Part shown: positions 21,133 through 31,073 of the stretch, one piece after another
Layout of the letters: each line of letters opens with the position of its first letter
How positions within the stretch are numbered: position 1 is the stretch's first letter
Origin: a candidate division FCPU426 bacterium
GTDB taxonomy: Bacteria; Oederibacteriota; Muellerivitia; Muellerivitales; Muellerivitaceae
DNA length: 64,000 nucleotides
Assembly (NCBI GenBank): GCA_963830915.1
Contig: CAWHOE010000051.1
Location: 119,945-183,944 of the forward strand
Direction: 5' to 3'
Position numbers and translations under genes: made by a program
Notes under the pieces: generated by a model
Seen by the model: the letters and a program-made list of their open reading frames with translations, nothing else
What the model was told of the DNA's origin: nothing
Databases searched by the model: none

Positions 21133-23013
21133 ATGAAAAAATCAGAACCGTATTTCAGAGGAAGCGTTTTAGCTGAATTAGTCAGCAGAACGCTCTTTGT
21201 TGGAATCCTCATCCTCTTTATCTATGGTGGTTTTGCGTACTTTGTTTCCAATCGAACATTTGATACTGAAATGGGAGATAGATTACTTACCATTGCTCAT
21301 TTGACATCGAGCGAAACTCAAGCGGATTGGCTTCCTTTTTTGGAAGGTAAAGGGGAATTATATGAAAAATTTCAATCATTCCTGCGTGATAAAAAAAAAG
21401 AAAGTCAGGCTAAAAATATTTTCATCATGGATTCAACCGGCAGGGTCTTGGTTGATGCTAATGGGCAATATGAATTCAAGGAAAACAATTGGTTGAAAGA
21501 CCTGGATTCTGAACCGTTTCTAAAAGCCGTATCAGGTATACCTTCAGCTTCGATTTTGTTCCCAGAAAGAGATGGAGGGATCTATAAAGTCGGTTATAGC
21601 CCGATCTATAAAAAAAACAAGGAGATCATCGGCGTATTAGGTGTTGAGGCAAGCGCAAAGTATATGGAAGGGTTGAATCAATTCGCTAAGGTGCTTTTCA
21701 TCTCAGGACTATTTTGTCTTTTGCTTATGGGCGGGTTAAATTACGCATTCGGCAGACGGTTTATTTCTCCTATTGAGGAAATGGCGAGGGCGTCTTTTAA
21801 GATCGCTGAAGGTGATTTTAGCCAAAGGGTAAGATTTTCCTCCTCCAATGAACTTGGTGCATTAGCCCATGCATTCAATGAAATGGCGAAAAGGCTTCAA
21901 AGTCATAATGAATATATCCTGGAAAGTATGTCAAACGGACTACTTGTTGTTGATTTAAACGGTTATGTTACCACTTTCAACCGAGCGGCCTCCATCATCC
22001 TTGATCTACCACAGGAAAAAGTGATAGGTCAACCTTATGGGACTGTATTTTCTGCTTATCCCTTTTTCTTAAAAACTATCCGCGCCGCCCTTCTCGAACA
22101 ACAACAATCAGTCGACAAGGAAGTCAATTTATCTGAAGAATCGCCTAAATTTTTGAGGCTTCGGAGCGCTCCTTTATTGGGTGCTGAAGGTCAAAAACTA
22201 GGAACGGAAATTTTGTTTTCAGATGAAACAGAACTAAGAAAACTCCAAACTCAAATAAAGACATCAGAAAAAATGGCGACGATTGGTGAATTGGCAGCTG
22301 GTATAGCCCACGAGATTCGGAACCCTTTAGGCGCGATGAAGGGATTCACTGAAATCCTTGCTCGTAAAATTGATAAAAACATTGAAGCCAAAGAAATTGT
22401 TAAGGACATAGCGACTGAAATAGAAATCCTTAACAAAATCGTTACGAACTTTCTTATTTTCGCGAAACCAACTATTTTGGATACGCAAGAAGCAGAAATA
22501 GGAGAAGTGATCCTAGGAGTATTGCCGCTTGTGGACAACGAAGCACAACAGAAAAAAATACGGTTAACATTTATAAAAACAAAAGAAATATTGATCCGGT
22601 TGGATGTGGAACAATATCGACGCGCGGTTCTTAATTTAACTCTAAACGCCATCCACGCATCTCCCGTGAATGGCGAAATCGTTTTAGGGGTTAAGGAATT
22701 CAATCGTGCAGAATTAATGAACTATCTAAAAGACAAGGGCTTCCAGGATATCTTTCCAAATGAGATTGAGTCGAATTGGTGCGGAATTTGGGTAGAGGAT
22801 GAGGGGTCTGGAATACAAAAGGAAAATCTTAAAAAAATATTCAACCCTTTTTTTACAACAAAAACAGAGGGGTTTGGGTTGGGATTGTCGATAACAAAAA
22901 AAATATTGGAATCGATGGGTGGGAATATAGCGGTAACAAATAAACCCGACAGGGGCGCTATATTCTTGATGATCTTACCGATGGTTGGACAACAAAAGGA
23001 GGCAAAATCATGA
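21133..23013 (+). CDS. sensor histidine kinase (TM-sensor-TM-HAMP-PAS-HisKA-HATPase)
   Basis: ELAAGIAHEIRNPL, DEGSGI, FNPFFTTK, GFGLGLSI. Confidence 0.95.
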   Translation: MKKSEPYFRGSVLAELVSRTLFVGILILFIYGGFAYFVSNRTFDTEMGDRLLTIAHLTSSETQADWLPFLEGKGELYEKFQSFLRDKKKESQAKNIFIMDSTGRVLVDANGQYEFKENNWLKDLDSEPFLKAVSGIPSASILFPERDGGIYKVGYSPIYKKNKEIIGVLGVEASAKYMEGLNQFAKVLFISGLFCLLLMGGLNYAFGRRFISPIEEMARASFKIAEGDFSQRVRFSSSNELGALAHAFNEMAKRLQSHNEYILESMSNGLLVVDLNGYVTTFNRAASIILDLPQEKVIGQPYGTVFSAYPFFLKTIRAALLEQQQSVDKEVNLSEESPKFLRLRSAPLLGAEGQKLGTEILFSDETELRKLQTQIKTSEKMATIGELAAGIAHEIRNPLGAMKGFTEILARKIDKNIEAKEIVKDIATEIEILNKIVTNFLIFAKPTILDTQEAEIGEVILGVLPLVDNEAQQKKIRLTFIKTKEILIRLDVEQYRRAVLNLTLNAIHASPVNGEIVLGVKEFNRAELMNYLKDKGFQDIFPNEIESNWCGIWVEDEGSGIQKENLKKIFNPFFTTKTEGFGLGLSITKKILESMGGNIAVTNKPDRGAIFLMILPMVGQQKEAKS

Positions 23014-24404
23014 GCACGATATTGCTGGTGGATGATAAATCAAGCATGCGTAAAGTGCTGCGTCAAACCTTAGAGAGTGATCAGAATATGATCCTCGAGG
23101 CGGAAGATGGTGAAAAAGCGTTGGAAGTCATCAAAAATAAGCATATTGATGTTGTTATAACGGACATCAAGATGCCCAAGGTTGATGGAATGACTCTCCT
23201 TAAAATGATCAAAGAATTGGATACTGAAATCGTTGTCATCATTATGACGGCTTATGGAACGATCGAAACAGCTGTCGAGGCGATGAAGCTAGGCGCGTAC
23301 GATTACATAACCAAACCTTTTTCTACCGAACAGGTAAAACTGACCATAGATAAAGCCATCGAAAGACAAAAATTATTGTATGAAAATAAGTATTTGAGGG
23401 AAAAACTCAACGATCAATACAATTACAAGAGGATCGTTGGTAATAGTTCAAATATGCAACCAGTTTATGAATTGATAGACAAAGTTGCGCCTACAGACAC
23501 GGCTGTTTTGGTAAGGGGTGATTCAGGAACTGGGAAAGAATTAGTAGCACATGCGATCCATTTTAACAGTCGCAGAAAAGACAAGCCTTTTATCAAGGTG
23601 AATTGCGCAGTTCTAGCAGAAGGTGTTCTGGAAAGTGAACTTTTCGGACATGAAAGAGGTTCTTTTACGGGCGCGGCTGGTAAACGTATAGGTAGGTTCG
23701 AGTTGGCCAATGGCGGTTCAATATTTCTGGATGAAATCGGCGATATATCCCTGTCAACACAAGTTAAATTGTTACGGGTTTTACAAGAAAAGGAATTCGA
23801 AAGAGTTGGAGGGACAGAGAATATAAAAGCGGATGTACGTGTTATAGCCGCGACAAATAAAAATCTCGAGGAAGCAATTAAAAAAGGTCAATTCCGCGAG
23901 GATCTATTTTTTAGATTGAACGTTGTTCCTATTTTTGTCCCGCCTTTACGAGAAAGAAAAGAGGACATCGAAAGACTTGCGTTCCATTTTTTGAATCGAT
24001 ACAGCCTGGAAGCGAACAAAAAAATCACACAGATCGATAAACGGGCATTGGAATTGATGACCCGATATAATTGGCCTGGAAATGTTAGGGAATTGGAAAA
24101 CGCGATACAAAGAGCGGTTGTTCTATCTGATTCGGAAACCATTTATCCATCAAATTTACCGCTCGATATACAAACATTCCAGAAAGATGAATATCTTCAT
24201 TATTTGAAGGAAGATGCAAGTCTTACCGAAAAGGTCGAGAATTATGAAAAAGAACTTATTTTAAAGTCCATGGAAAAAGCTAATCATGTTCAAACTAAAG
24301 CAGCGAAATTGTTGGATATTAACCGAACGGCTCTAATTTACAAACTGAAAAAATATGGGTTGCTTTCTGATGCTACTGGCGAGGGTGACGAAAAAAATAC
24401 ATGA
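23010..24404 (+). CDS. sigma54-dependent response regulator (NtrC family)
   Basis: Receiver DD...DIKMP, GDSGTGKE, ESELFGHERGSFTGA, WPGNVRELEN, Fis-type HTH. Confidence 0.97.
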   Translation: MSTILLVDDKSSMRKVLRQTLESDQNMILEAEDGEKALEVIKNKHIDVVITDIKMPKVDGMTLLKMIKELDTEIVVIIMTAYGTIETAVEAMKLGAYDYITKPFSTEQVKLTIDKAIERQKLLYENKYLREKLNDQYNYKRIVGNSSNMQPVYELIDKVAPTDTAVLVRGDSGTGKELVAHAIHFNSRRKDKPFIKVNCAVLAEGVLESELFGHERGSFTGAAGKRIGRFELANGGSIFLDEIGDISLSTQVKLLRVLQEKEFERVGGTENIKADVRVIAATNKNLEEAIKKGQFREDLFFRLNVVPIFVPPLRERKEDIERLAFHFLNRYSLEANKKITQIDKRALELMTRYNWPGNVRELENAIQRAVVLSDSETIYPSNLPLDIQTFQKDEYLHYLKEDASLTEKVENYEKELILKSMEKANHVQTKAAKLLDINRTALIYKLKKYGLLSDATGEGDEKNT

Positions 24405-25378
24405 AAATAGTTTTATATATATCCATATCATTATTATTTTTCACTAATTATTCCATTGGGATCGGGAAAAAGCTTGAGCCCTCAACGGAATCTGGACAGA
24501 TGGAAAATCTCACTGATAAACAATGGGGTTCTGTTTTTAAACAATTTGAGGATTCTGTCCTTTCTCTCGCGTCAGAATTAGGTCTGCTTATTTCAAAAGA
24601 AAAAAACCTTCAGTCTGATATTAAAGAACTTCAAAAGAGAACGAAGGATTTGCGTGAAAAAACAAAAAATGACACAAATGTATTTGACGAGATCCGTTTA
24701 AAGAGCTTGCTTAATGATTTAAAGCAAAAGTTGGAGGAGAATTCTGAGGTCGCCCGACAAAAAGATGAACAACAAAAAGCCTTAGAACAAAAAACACTTT
24801 CCTTAATCTCTCTTTACAACGACCATATCGAAACATCCTTAAAAGGGCTGAAAGTATCTTCAGACTCCACGGTGCTAGACCAACGAATAAATGATCTTGC
24901 CCAAACGATTAAAAAAAGAACGGAAATGGAAACTTTATTAAAAAAATATCAACCTCGAGAATCGATGGATAACATTCCTCCGATTTTATCTATTTCCAGC
25001 ATAGAAAGGAATGATAAGGAAAGTCTTCAATTAAACCTGGACCTTTACCGAGATAGAAAAAAAGACATTGAAGATAAGTTGGAAAAATGGACGCTTGAGC
25101 AAGACGAGGTTCGTAATGAACTTAAACTCCAAGACAAAATGCAGGAGTTTTTAGAAAATATCCAAAAAATCAACGAGGATTCTGATTTTCCAAGAGGAAG
25201 TATAAAACGAAGTGATCTGGAAGGAGTGGCCGGGAAAAACCAAGGGAATAAACTCAGCAATCGACTGAACGAATTACAATCAAACATTGACCATGGAAGA
25301 ATCTTGTTAACCCAGGTCATAAAATTAATTGAAAAAGCTCAAAACCAAATCGCCAATATTAACGTGAGGGAAAAATGA
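24401..25378 (+). CDS. exported coiled-coil protein, function unknown
   Basis: Signal-peptide-like N-terminus, heptad-rich; 4 nt overlaps with both neighbours. Confidence 0.7.
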   Translation: MKIVLYISISLLFFTNYSIGIGKKLEPSTESGQMENLTDKQWGSVFKQFEDSVLSLASELGLLISKEKNLQSDIKELQKRTKDLREKTKNDTNVFDEIRLKSLLNDLKQKLEENSEVARQKDEQQKALEQKTLSLISLYNDHIETSLKGLKVSSDSTVLDQRINDLAQTIKKRTEMETLLKKYQPRESMDNIPPILSISSIERNDKESLQLNLDLYRDRKKDIEDKLEKWTLEQDEVRNELKLQDKMQEFLENIQKINEDSDFPRGSIKRSDLEGVAGKNQGNKLSNRLNELQSNIDHGRILLTQVIKLIEKAQNQIANINVREK

Positions 25379-26460
25379 GAATTAAAACCGTTCTGATATT
25401 AATTATTTACCTCATTGTTTTTATAGATTTTGGTTTTTGTGACGAAGTTACGGATAATTCATTCAAAGCTAAAGCGGACTTATTGCCGGCAGAATTGGCT
25501 TGTCGTTTCGATGACAATGTTTACAGGTCATCGGAATCTTTTGGAAGAATATCGGACATTATTTCTTCATTCGATTTGGGCGGTGAATTGACCACGAACT
25601 ACGATTTTTTCAAAGCTCAAGTACAATACAGGTTTGGTGATGACCAATATATAACGCAAAGTTATCTTAATAACATTAAGGACGAATTACTGCTTTCGAC
25701 AACAGCATTAACAGGAAATATTGTTATTTATTTTGATGCTGATTATTTTATTAAGAATAGTTCGGATTACGATTTTGATTACATCGACAACAGCTATTTT
25801 GGAGGGATTCAATGGATATTTGACAACGAATGGTCTGTTGAATCCAAAGCAAAATCGTTCAGCAGACAATACTATGACCATGCACCTTATGTTTGGTCTC
25901 GTAATTTTGTTGATATGGGGGGACTCTTAAATATTCAACGGATCATTAATGACCAATTAACATTTAAATTAGAAGGTAGTTATAATGATCGTCAACTTAA
26001 TCGATACGCTGTTGCTTATGGTGGAACAAGTGATCTAACTGTCCTTCAGATGGACAATACGTGGAGCGCGTTATTAAATGCCCATATAATTCTTGGTTCG
26101 ATCCTTCAAGATATAACTTTTGAACACGCAAGAACGGATTCTAATAGTTATAGTTTTTCAAATATTGTCGATAGTGTTTCTTGGGCAGCAGTATTAAGAC
26201 CGGCGAATACACTGTTTATTCAGTTGTTCTTTCGACTTTATGAGAAAACTTATGATGTTAGCCCAATTACCAATGCGGATCTCCAATATGGTTTTGTCGA
26301 TGAAGATAGTCAGGACCTGTTATCGGCACAAGCTAGTTGGGATTGGAGTCCTTTATGGACCGGAACTTTAGGTATCAGCCGTGTTAGAAATGAATCCACT
26401 CAACCAGGAGAATACTATATAAAAAATATCATTTCAGTGAGCGTTACAAAGATATTTTAA
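25375..26460 (+). CDS. probable outer-membrane beta-barrel protein
   Basis: Signal peptide, DDNVYR, alternating aromatic beta-strands, terminal Phe. Confidence 0.65.
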   Translation: MRIKTVLILIIYLIVFIDFGFCDEVTDNSFKAKADLLPAELACRFDDNVYRSSESFGRISDIISSFDLGGELTTNYDFFKAQVQYRFGDDQYITQSYLNNIKDELLLSTTALTGNIVIYFDADYFIKNSSDYDFDYIDNSYFGGIQWIFDNEWSVESKAKSFSRQYYDHAPYVWSRNFVDMGGLLNIQRIINDQLTFKLEGSYNDRQLNRYAVAYGGTSDLTVLQMDNTWSALLNAHIILGSILQDITFEHARTDSNSYSFSNIVDSVSWAAVLRPANTLFIQLFFRLYEKTYDVSPITNADLQYGFVDEDSQDLLSAQASWDWSPLWTGTLGISRVRNESTQPGEYYIKNIISVSVTKIF

Positions 26461-26570
26461 TAGTCGAATATGTCACCTTATCGACATATCGCTCAGTTTG
26501 TAAGAATGACCAATAGAGTTTAGGATTCATTGACAAGGTTCTAACGCGCTTTATATGATGAAATTAACTA

Positions 26571-27530
26571 ATGTTTAAGGCGGTTGATGTGAAAAAGCCT
26601 GATGATGAATTGAAAATAGATATTTCGGAGCTCTTTGGCGGAGAGCTTTCCAATACGCCTGATCCCTCTGAAGAAATCGTTGAAAACGTTGATGGCACTG
26701 TTTCAGAAATCGCATTCAGTCAGGTTGAATCTGCGGCCAAAGACGCCCAATATCAGGAATGGTTACTTAACCGACAAAAGGAAATGGAAATAAAGTCTTT
26801 AGAGCTTGGGAAAAAAATACAAGAAGAGCATGCCCAACTTACTGAGGAACAACCTAATCAAGAGAACGCTTCAGCGGAAATTGTTTCTGAAGATAAAATC
26901 ACTGTCCCTGAGATTAGTAACACCGATAAGGGATCTCCAATAGATTTCGATGCACCAATTGCGCCTCCTTTTATGGGAGGAGTAGTTAATCCTACGCTTG
27001 ATCAATCCAATACAACAAAAGAATCTAACACAACGGAAGAAACTGGACCTTCGGAAGACCAAAAGTACGAAGAATTAAAAAAACTCCAATCTGATCATGA
27101 GTTTATTTTGTTATATGATGAGTATAGGGCAATCTTATTCCGGGAACTCAACGATTTAGTCGGTGAAAAAAAGACAAGAACAATGTTGGAACGAACCTTT
27201 GAGTTGTCTAGAAGCAAATATCCGGAGATTTTTAGAAATGCCAATTGGGATTCAAAAGGGAATTTGTTGGATGACGGTTCGTTGGATAGCCAAAGGATGG
27301 TAGAAAATAAAAATGCTCTTGATCCTGGAAAATCGGATTTGGCTTTAGATGTGGCATTATCTCATTTATTGGGGTTGAGATTGCAAGCAATTGAAAAAGG
27401 ATTGGGTGCTGGTTTCAAGAATAAAGTGCGTGCTAGGCTTTATTATTGGATCAATGAAAAAAGTGAAAAAGCGATCAAGGAAGGGAAAGATGCTTTTATC
27501 CTAAAAAGGCTTATGGGTTTTATCCCGTAA
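26571..27530 (+). CDS. hypothetical protein with acidic N-terminal region
   Basis: 319 aa ORF preceded by TTGACA-18-TATGAT (26530-26559); start may be GTG 26589. Confidence 0.7.
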   Translation: MFKAVDVKKPDDELKIDISELFGGELSNTPDPSEEIVENVDGTVSEIAFSQVESAAKDAQYQEWLLNRQKEMEIKSLELGKKIQEEHAQLTEEQPNQENASAEIVSEDKITVPEISNTDKGSPIDFDAPIAPPFMGGVVNPTLDQSNTTKESNTTEETGPSEDQKYEELKKLQSDHEFILLYDEYRAILFRELNDLVGEKKTRTMLERTFELSRSKYPEIFRNANWDSKGNLLDDGSLDSQRMVENKNALDPGKSDLALDVALSHLLGLRLQAIEKGLGAGFKNKVRARLYYWINEKSEKAIKEGKDAFILKRLMGFIP

Positions 27531-27699
27531 CCGTTCTGAACGTTTCTTTGACTATGAATGTAAAGGGAGCAAAAATCTTTTTTGAAATTGTCTTGAAATA
27601 AGGGACAATAAGCATCGGTTCATTAATCTCAAGAAACAATGGTCTTAACAATGTCTTTTTCTTAACCTTAAGTCTTTTTGAAGACCTCATCACATGGTC

Positions 27700-27721
27700 A
27701 ACCCCAGGATGGGGTTTTTTT
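27700..27721 (+). terminator. terminator-like hairpin just upstream of the rph SD
   Basis: AACCCC-AGGAT-GGGGTT plus T run. Confidence 0.5.
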
Positions 27722-27743
27722 GTTAAAGGAGATATTATTATAA

Positions 27744-28439
27744 ATGAAAAAAATACGTAAGATTCTTTTCATCAAGTCATTTACCCGTTATGCAGAGGGT
27801 TCGGTACTGGTTTGCATGGGAAACACAAAAGTTCTTTGTAACGCCACTGTTTCGGAAGATTTACCCTCTTTTTTAAAAGGAAAAGGTCAAGGTTGGGTTA
27901 CTGCGGAATATTCCATGCTTCCGCGAAGCACAAAGGAAAGGTTTTCAAGGGATTCTGTCAAGGGTAAGATTAATGGTAGAACACATGAGATTCAAAGACT
28001 TATAGGGAGATCCTTGCGATCGATAATGGACTTAAAAAGTTTAGGCGAACGTCAAATTATTTTGGATTGCGATGTATTGCAGGCCGATGGTGGAACGAGG
28101 ACGGCTTCCATTAATGGGGCATATGTAGCATTGGTAGAAGCCATTCGAAAATTAATATTGAATGGAGATCTGTCAAAAAACCCAATTAAAGAACCTCTCG
28201 GGGCGGTAAGTGTTGGTTTAGTCAATGGTAAACCTGTTCTGGATCTTTGTTACGAACAAGACTCAACTGCGGATGTGGATTTCAATGTTGTCATGACCCG
28301 TTCCGGAAAGTATATCGAGGTTCAGGGAACGGCTGAAAAAGCACTCTTTTCGCAAAAACAATTGGACGGATTATTAAGGTTGGCCAAAATAGGGATCAAA
28401 CAAGTTATTCAATCGCAGGAAATGGCACTCAAACAATGA
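27744..28439 (+). CDS. rph: ribonuclease PH
   Basis: [45 protein letters not shown]. Confidence 0.98.
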   Translation: MKKIRKILFIKSFTRYAEGSVLVCMGNTKVLCNATVSEDLPSFLKGKGQGWVTAEYSMLPRSTKERFSRDSVKGKINGRTHEIQRLIGRSLRSIMDLKSLGERQIILDCDVLQADGGTRTASINGAYVALVEAIRKLILNGDLSKNPIKEPLGAVSVGLVNGKPVLDLCYEQDSTADVDFNVVMTRSGKYIEVQGTAEKALFSQKQLDGLLRLAKIGIKQVIQSQEMALKQ

Positions 28440-29023
28440 AAAAGATGGTGATTGCCACACACAATCGAGATAAATTCGCTGAAATGAAAAAAGCCTTAAT
28501 TACCGCACCATGGGAATTTATTCCTGCTTTTAGTTTTCCTGGAGTTCCTGATGTGGTTGAAGATGGAAAAACTCTTGAGGAAAACTCGCTTAAAAAAGCG
28601 AGTGAATTATCCAAATTTACAAATTTGCCAACGTTGGCGGATGATACGGGGCTTTTTGTTGAGGCGTTGTTTGGCGATCCTGGGATATTTGCTGCTCGAT
28701 ATGCGGGAGAAGGAAGTACCTACGAAGAAAATGTTAAAAAACTTTTACGAGTCATGAATAATGTTCGAGAGGGAACTAGGAACGCAATATTTAGAACGGT
28801 GATCACTATTTACTTTCCGGGTAATAATTATAAAAGTGTAGTTGGTGAAGTAAAGGGTCATATTACTTTATCTCCTAGAGGAGAAAATGGTTTTGGATAT
28901 GATCCTGTGTTTTGTCCCGAAGGATTTACAAAAGTGTTTTCTGAGATGTCTTTAGATGAAAAGAACGAAATCTCTCATAGGGGAAAAGCAATAAAAGCCG
29001 TTCTAAAATACCTAAAAGATTGA
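28436..29023 (+). CDS. rdgB: non-canonical purine NTP pyrophosphatase (Ham1/RdgB)
   Basis: [29 protein letters not shown]. Confidence 0.96.
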   Translation: MKKMVIATHNRDKFAEMKKALITAPWEFIPAFSFPGVPDVVEDGKTLEENSLKKASELSKFTNLPTLADDTGLFVEALFGDPGIFAARYAGEGSTYEENVKKLLRVMNNVREGTRNAIFRTVITIYFPGNNYKSVVGEVKGHITLSPRGENGFGYDPVFCPEGFTKVFSEMSLDEKNEISHRGKAIKAVLKYLKD

Positions 29024-29124
29024 TGGCGGCATCATTAAAAAACAGTTATCTTACGGTTGCATTTAATGTTAAGAACTTATGAAATTATCGGTTATGTTTT
29101 ATTGATTTTTTTTGTGCCTTTAGA

Positions 29125-29199
29125 CGGGGCGTAGCGCAGCGGTAGCGCACTTGGTTTGGGACCAAGGGGCCGTGAGTTCGAATCTCACCGCCCCGACCA
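29125..29199 (+). tRNA. tRNA-Pro(TGG)
   Basis: CGGGGCG...CGCCCCG-A-CCA; CTTGG-TT-TGG-GA-CCAAG. Confidence 0.96.
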
Positions 29200-29277
29200 A
29201 AGGCATAATTGATATATGTTTGTTTATTATCAAATAAAATCGAGTGGGTTTTGTTGATTAAAAATGTTAATCATTAT

Positions 29278-29356
<79 letters not shown>

Positions 29357-29383
29357 TTTAAAGGTTTTTAACACTGAAGGCCC

Positions 29384-29418
29384 TAAATAACTTTCTTTAA
29401 ATAACTTCTAAATAACTT
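29384..29418 (+). repeat. 3 x TAAATAACTT, candidate integrase arm or Xis sites
   Basis: Copies at 29384, 29398 and 29409; related copies near attR (39121-39165). Confidence 0.7.
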
Positions 29419-29522
29419 AAAATGTTAAATGTTAGGTATTTTCACAGTTTCGGATAGTGAACCTAATGGAATCATTCCTATTGTTTATAAGTAGATATCT
29501 GATTATTTTTCGGAGGCATTTG

Positions 29523-29759
29523 ATGGTTTGTAAACATTTGAAAATAGAACGTCCGATTCAGATTATTGGTCTTGAAAATCAAGCCGAAACTTTTATTAAT
29601 GCGTCCTGTTTGATAAAAAAAATAGGTCAAGTTTCAATGGTAGAAATTTACGATTGGCATAAATCAGTCGGAATAGAGAAAGGGGATATTTCGTCAAATT
29701 GTCCCTTCTATCCAAATGGGGATTATTTAACTTGTAAGTGGTACGAGAAGAATGAATAA
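29523..29759 (+). CDS. small Cys-containing hypothetical cargo protein (78 aa)
   Basis: ATG 29523 in frame with ORF 29457-29759, preceded by GGAGG. Confidence 0.55.
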   Translation: MVCKHLKIERPIQIIGLENQAETFINASCLIKKIGQVSMVEIYDWHKSVGIEKGDISSNCPFYPNGDYLTCKWYEKNE

Positions 29760-29795
29760 AAAGGAATCTTACAACATTTATTATAAGGATCAGAA

Positions 29796-30335
29796 ATGGA
29801 ATTAAGAGATTGGTTAACAATCATTGCTCTGATTTTGGGGCCGATCCTCGCTGTCCAAATTACTGAATTATTGGCGAGGCGTAAGGAGTCCAAACAAAAG
29901 AAATTAGATTTGTTTCAAAAGTTAATGTCAACACGTGCCACGCGTTTAAGCCCGATCCATGTTGAAGCCCTTAACATGATTGACTTAACTTTTTACGGAG
30001 AGAAGCCAGTCATTGAGGCTTGGAGAATGTATTTAGATCATTTGGGAACAGATTCTACAACGGAAGGCTGGAATCAAAGAGTTTTGGATTTGTTAAATGA
30101 CCTTCTTTTTAAAATGTCAAAATCTGTTGGTTATGATATTGACATGCTTACGATTAAAAATGTTTGTTATACCCCAGTGGCTCATAGCCAAATGGAAAAA
30201 GAATGGAATGAAATAAGGAAAACAATATTATTAGTTCTGCAAAAGGTGGGGACAAAAATTAATTTAGATGAAATGAAAATAATACCTAAAACAGAAGATG
30301 AGAAGCCAAAGATCGAAGAAGTGAAACAAAAATAG
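29796..30335 (+). CDS. membrane-anchored cargo protein, DUF6680-like
   Basis: N-terminal TM (IIALILGPILAVQI) then LFQKLMSTR...HVEALNMIDLTF; family recalled, not searched. Confidence 0.65.
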   Translation: MELRDWLTIIALILGPILAVQITELLARRKESKQKKLDLFQKLMSTRATRLSPIHVEALNMIDLTFYGEKPVIEAWRMYLDHLGTDSTTEGWNQRVLDLLNDLLFKMSKSVGYDIDMLTIKNVCYTPVAHSQMEKEWNEIRKTILLVLQKVGTKINLDEMKIIPKTEDEKPKIEEVKQK

Positions 30336-30388
30336 GTTAACTTTCAATACTGGGTAGAGTTGTACGGAGCTTTTTGTGAGGTGAATAA

Positions 30389-30814
30389 ATGCCCCTGACG
30401 ACAGCAGCAACATTGGCAATGAGTGCAGTTGATAAGAGTATTACGACACTAAAAACGCTTCGTGATATTGATATGAAAATGCAAGCTGCCGAATATAAAG
30501 ATACTCTTGCAGACCTTTTATCAGACATGGCAGAACTTAAATTGCGATTGATTGATTTAAAAGAGGAAAATTTAAAACTACAAAAAATCATAGATGGCCA
30601 AGACCAAAAGTCTGAACTTAGAAAAAAATTCGTGTTAGATAAGACGGTTTATGGGCTTAAAGAAGAAGTATATGGATTCAAACCTGGAAGGTATTGTCCC
30701 CATTGTTTTGAACCAAATGGCGATATGCGGATATTGGTGACGAATTCATATGGAGGGCAATACTGTAATTCTTGTGAAGGGAATTTTGACGCATCGCATA
30801 ACTGGCCAAATTAA
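30389..30814 (+). CDS. cargo protein: coiled coil plus C-terminal zinc ribbon
   Basis: Heptad region then CPHC...CNSC; SD GAGGTG. Confidence 0.75.
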   Translation: MPLTTAATLAMSAVDKSITTLKTLRDIDMKMQAAEYKDTLADLLSDMAELKLRLIDLKEENLKLQKIIDGQDQKSELRKKFVLDKTVYGLKEEVYGFKPGRYCPHCFEPNGDMRILVTNSYGGQYCNSCEGNFDASHNWPN

Positions 30815-30815
30815 A

Positions 30816-30861
30816 TAACCGCCCCTGACTACCGGATTTGATGCGGTATCAAGGGCGGTTA
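30816..30861 (-). terminator. terminator hairpin between convergent transcripts
   Basis: TAACCGCCC/GGGCGGTTA plus inner TGA/TCA and TACCG/CGGTA stems; T-rich tail on the minus strand. Confidence 0.65.
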
Positions 30862-30862
30862 A

Positions 30863-31064
30863 TGTCATGGCCGGTCTCGTCCAAAAGCCCGGTCTGACAA
30901 TGGGAGTTGATGACAAACTCCCTGAATGATAAAAACCCCCTCACGCTTGGGTGACAGCCAAGCGCAAGGGGTAAAGTCGCAAACGGGTGAAAAGTCCGTG
31001 CGACTTAACGCAAAGGGGAAGATCTTTGCGGTGGTATCCAAGGGGAAGATCGACCCTGGGCCAC
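30863..31064 (-). ncRNA. putative structured RNA: six abutting hairpins with related loops
   Basis: Stems at 30863-99, 30902-22, 30937-71, 30974-31006, 31009-30, 31031-64; strand not certain. Confidence 0.5.
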
Positions 31065-31073
31065 AGAATTCAA

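Noticed and set aside
30816..31064. CRISPR array or CsrB-like RNA
   Set aside because: Stems are not sequence repeats, there are no regular spacers or cas genes, and the loops lack the ANGGA motif
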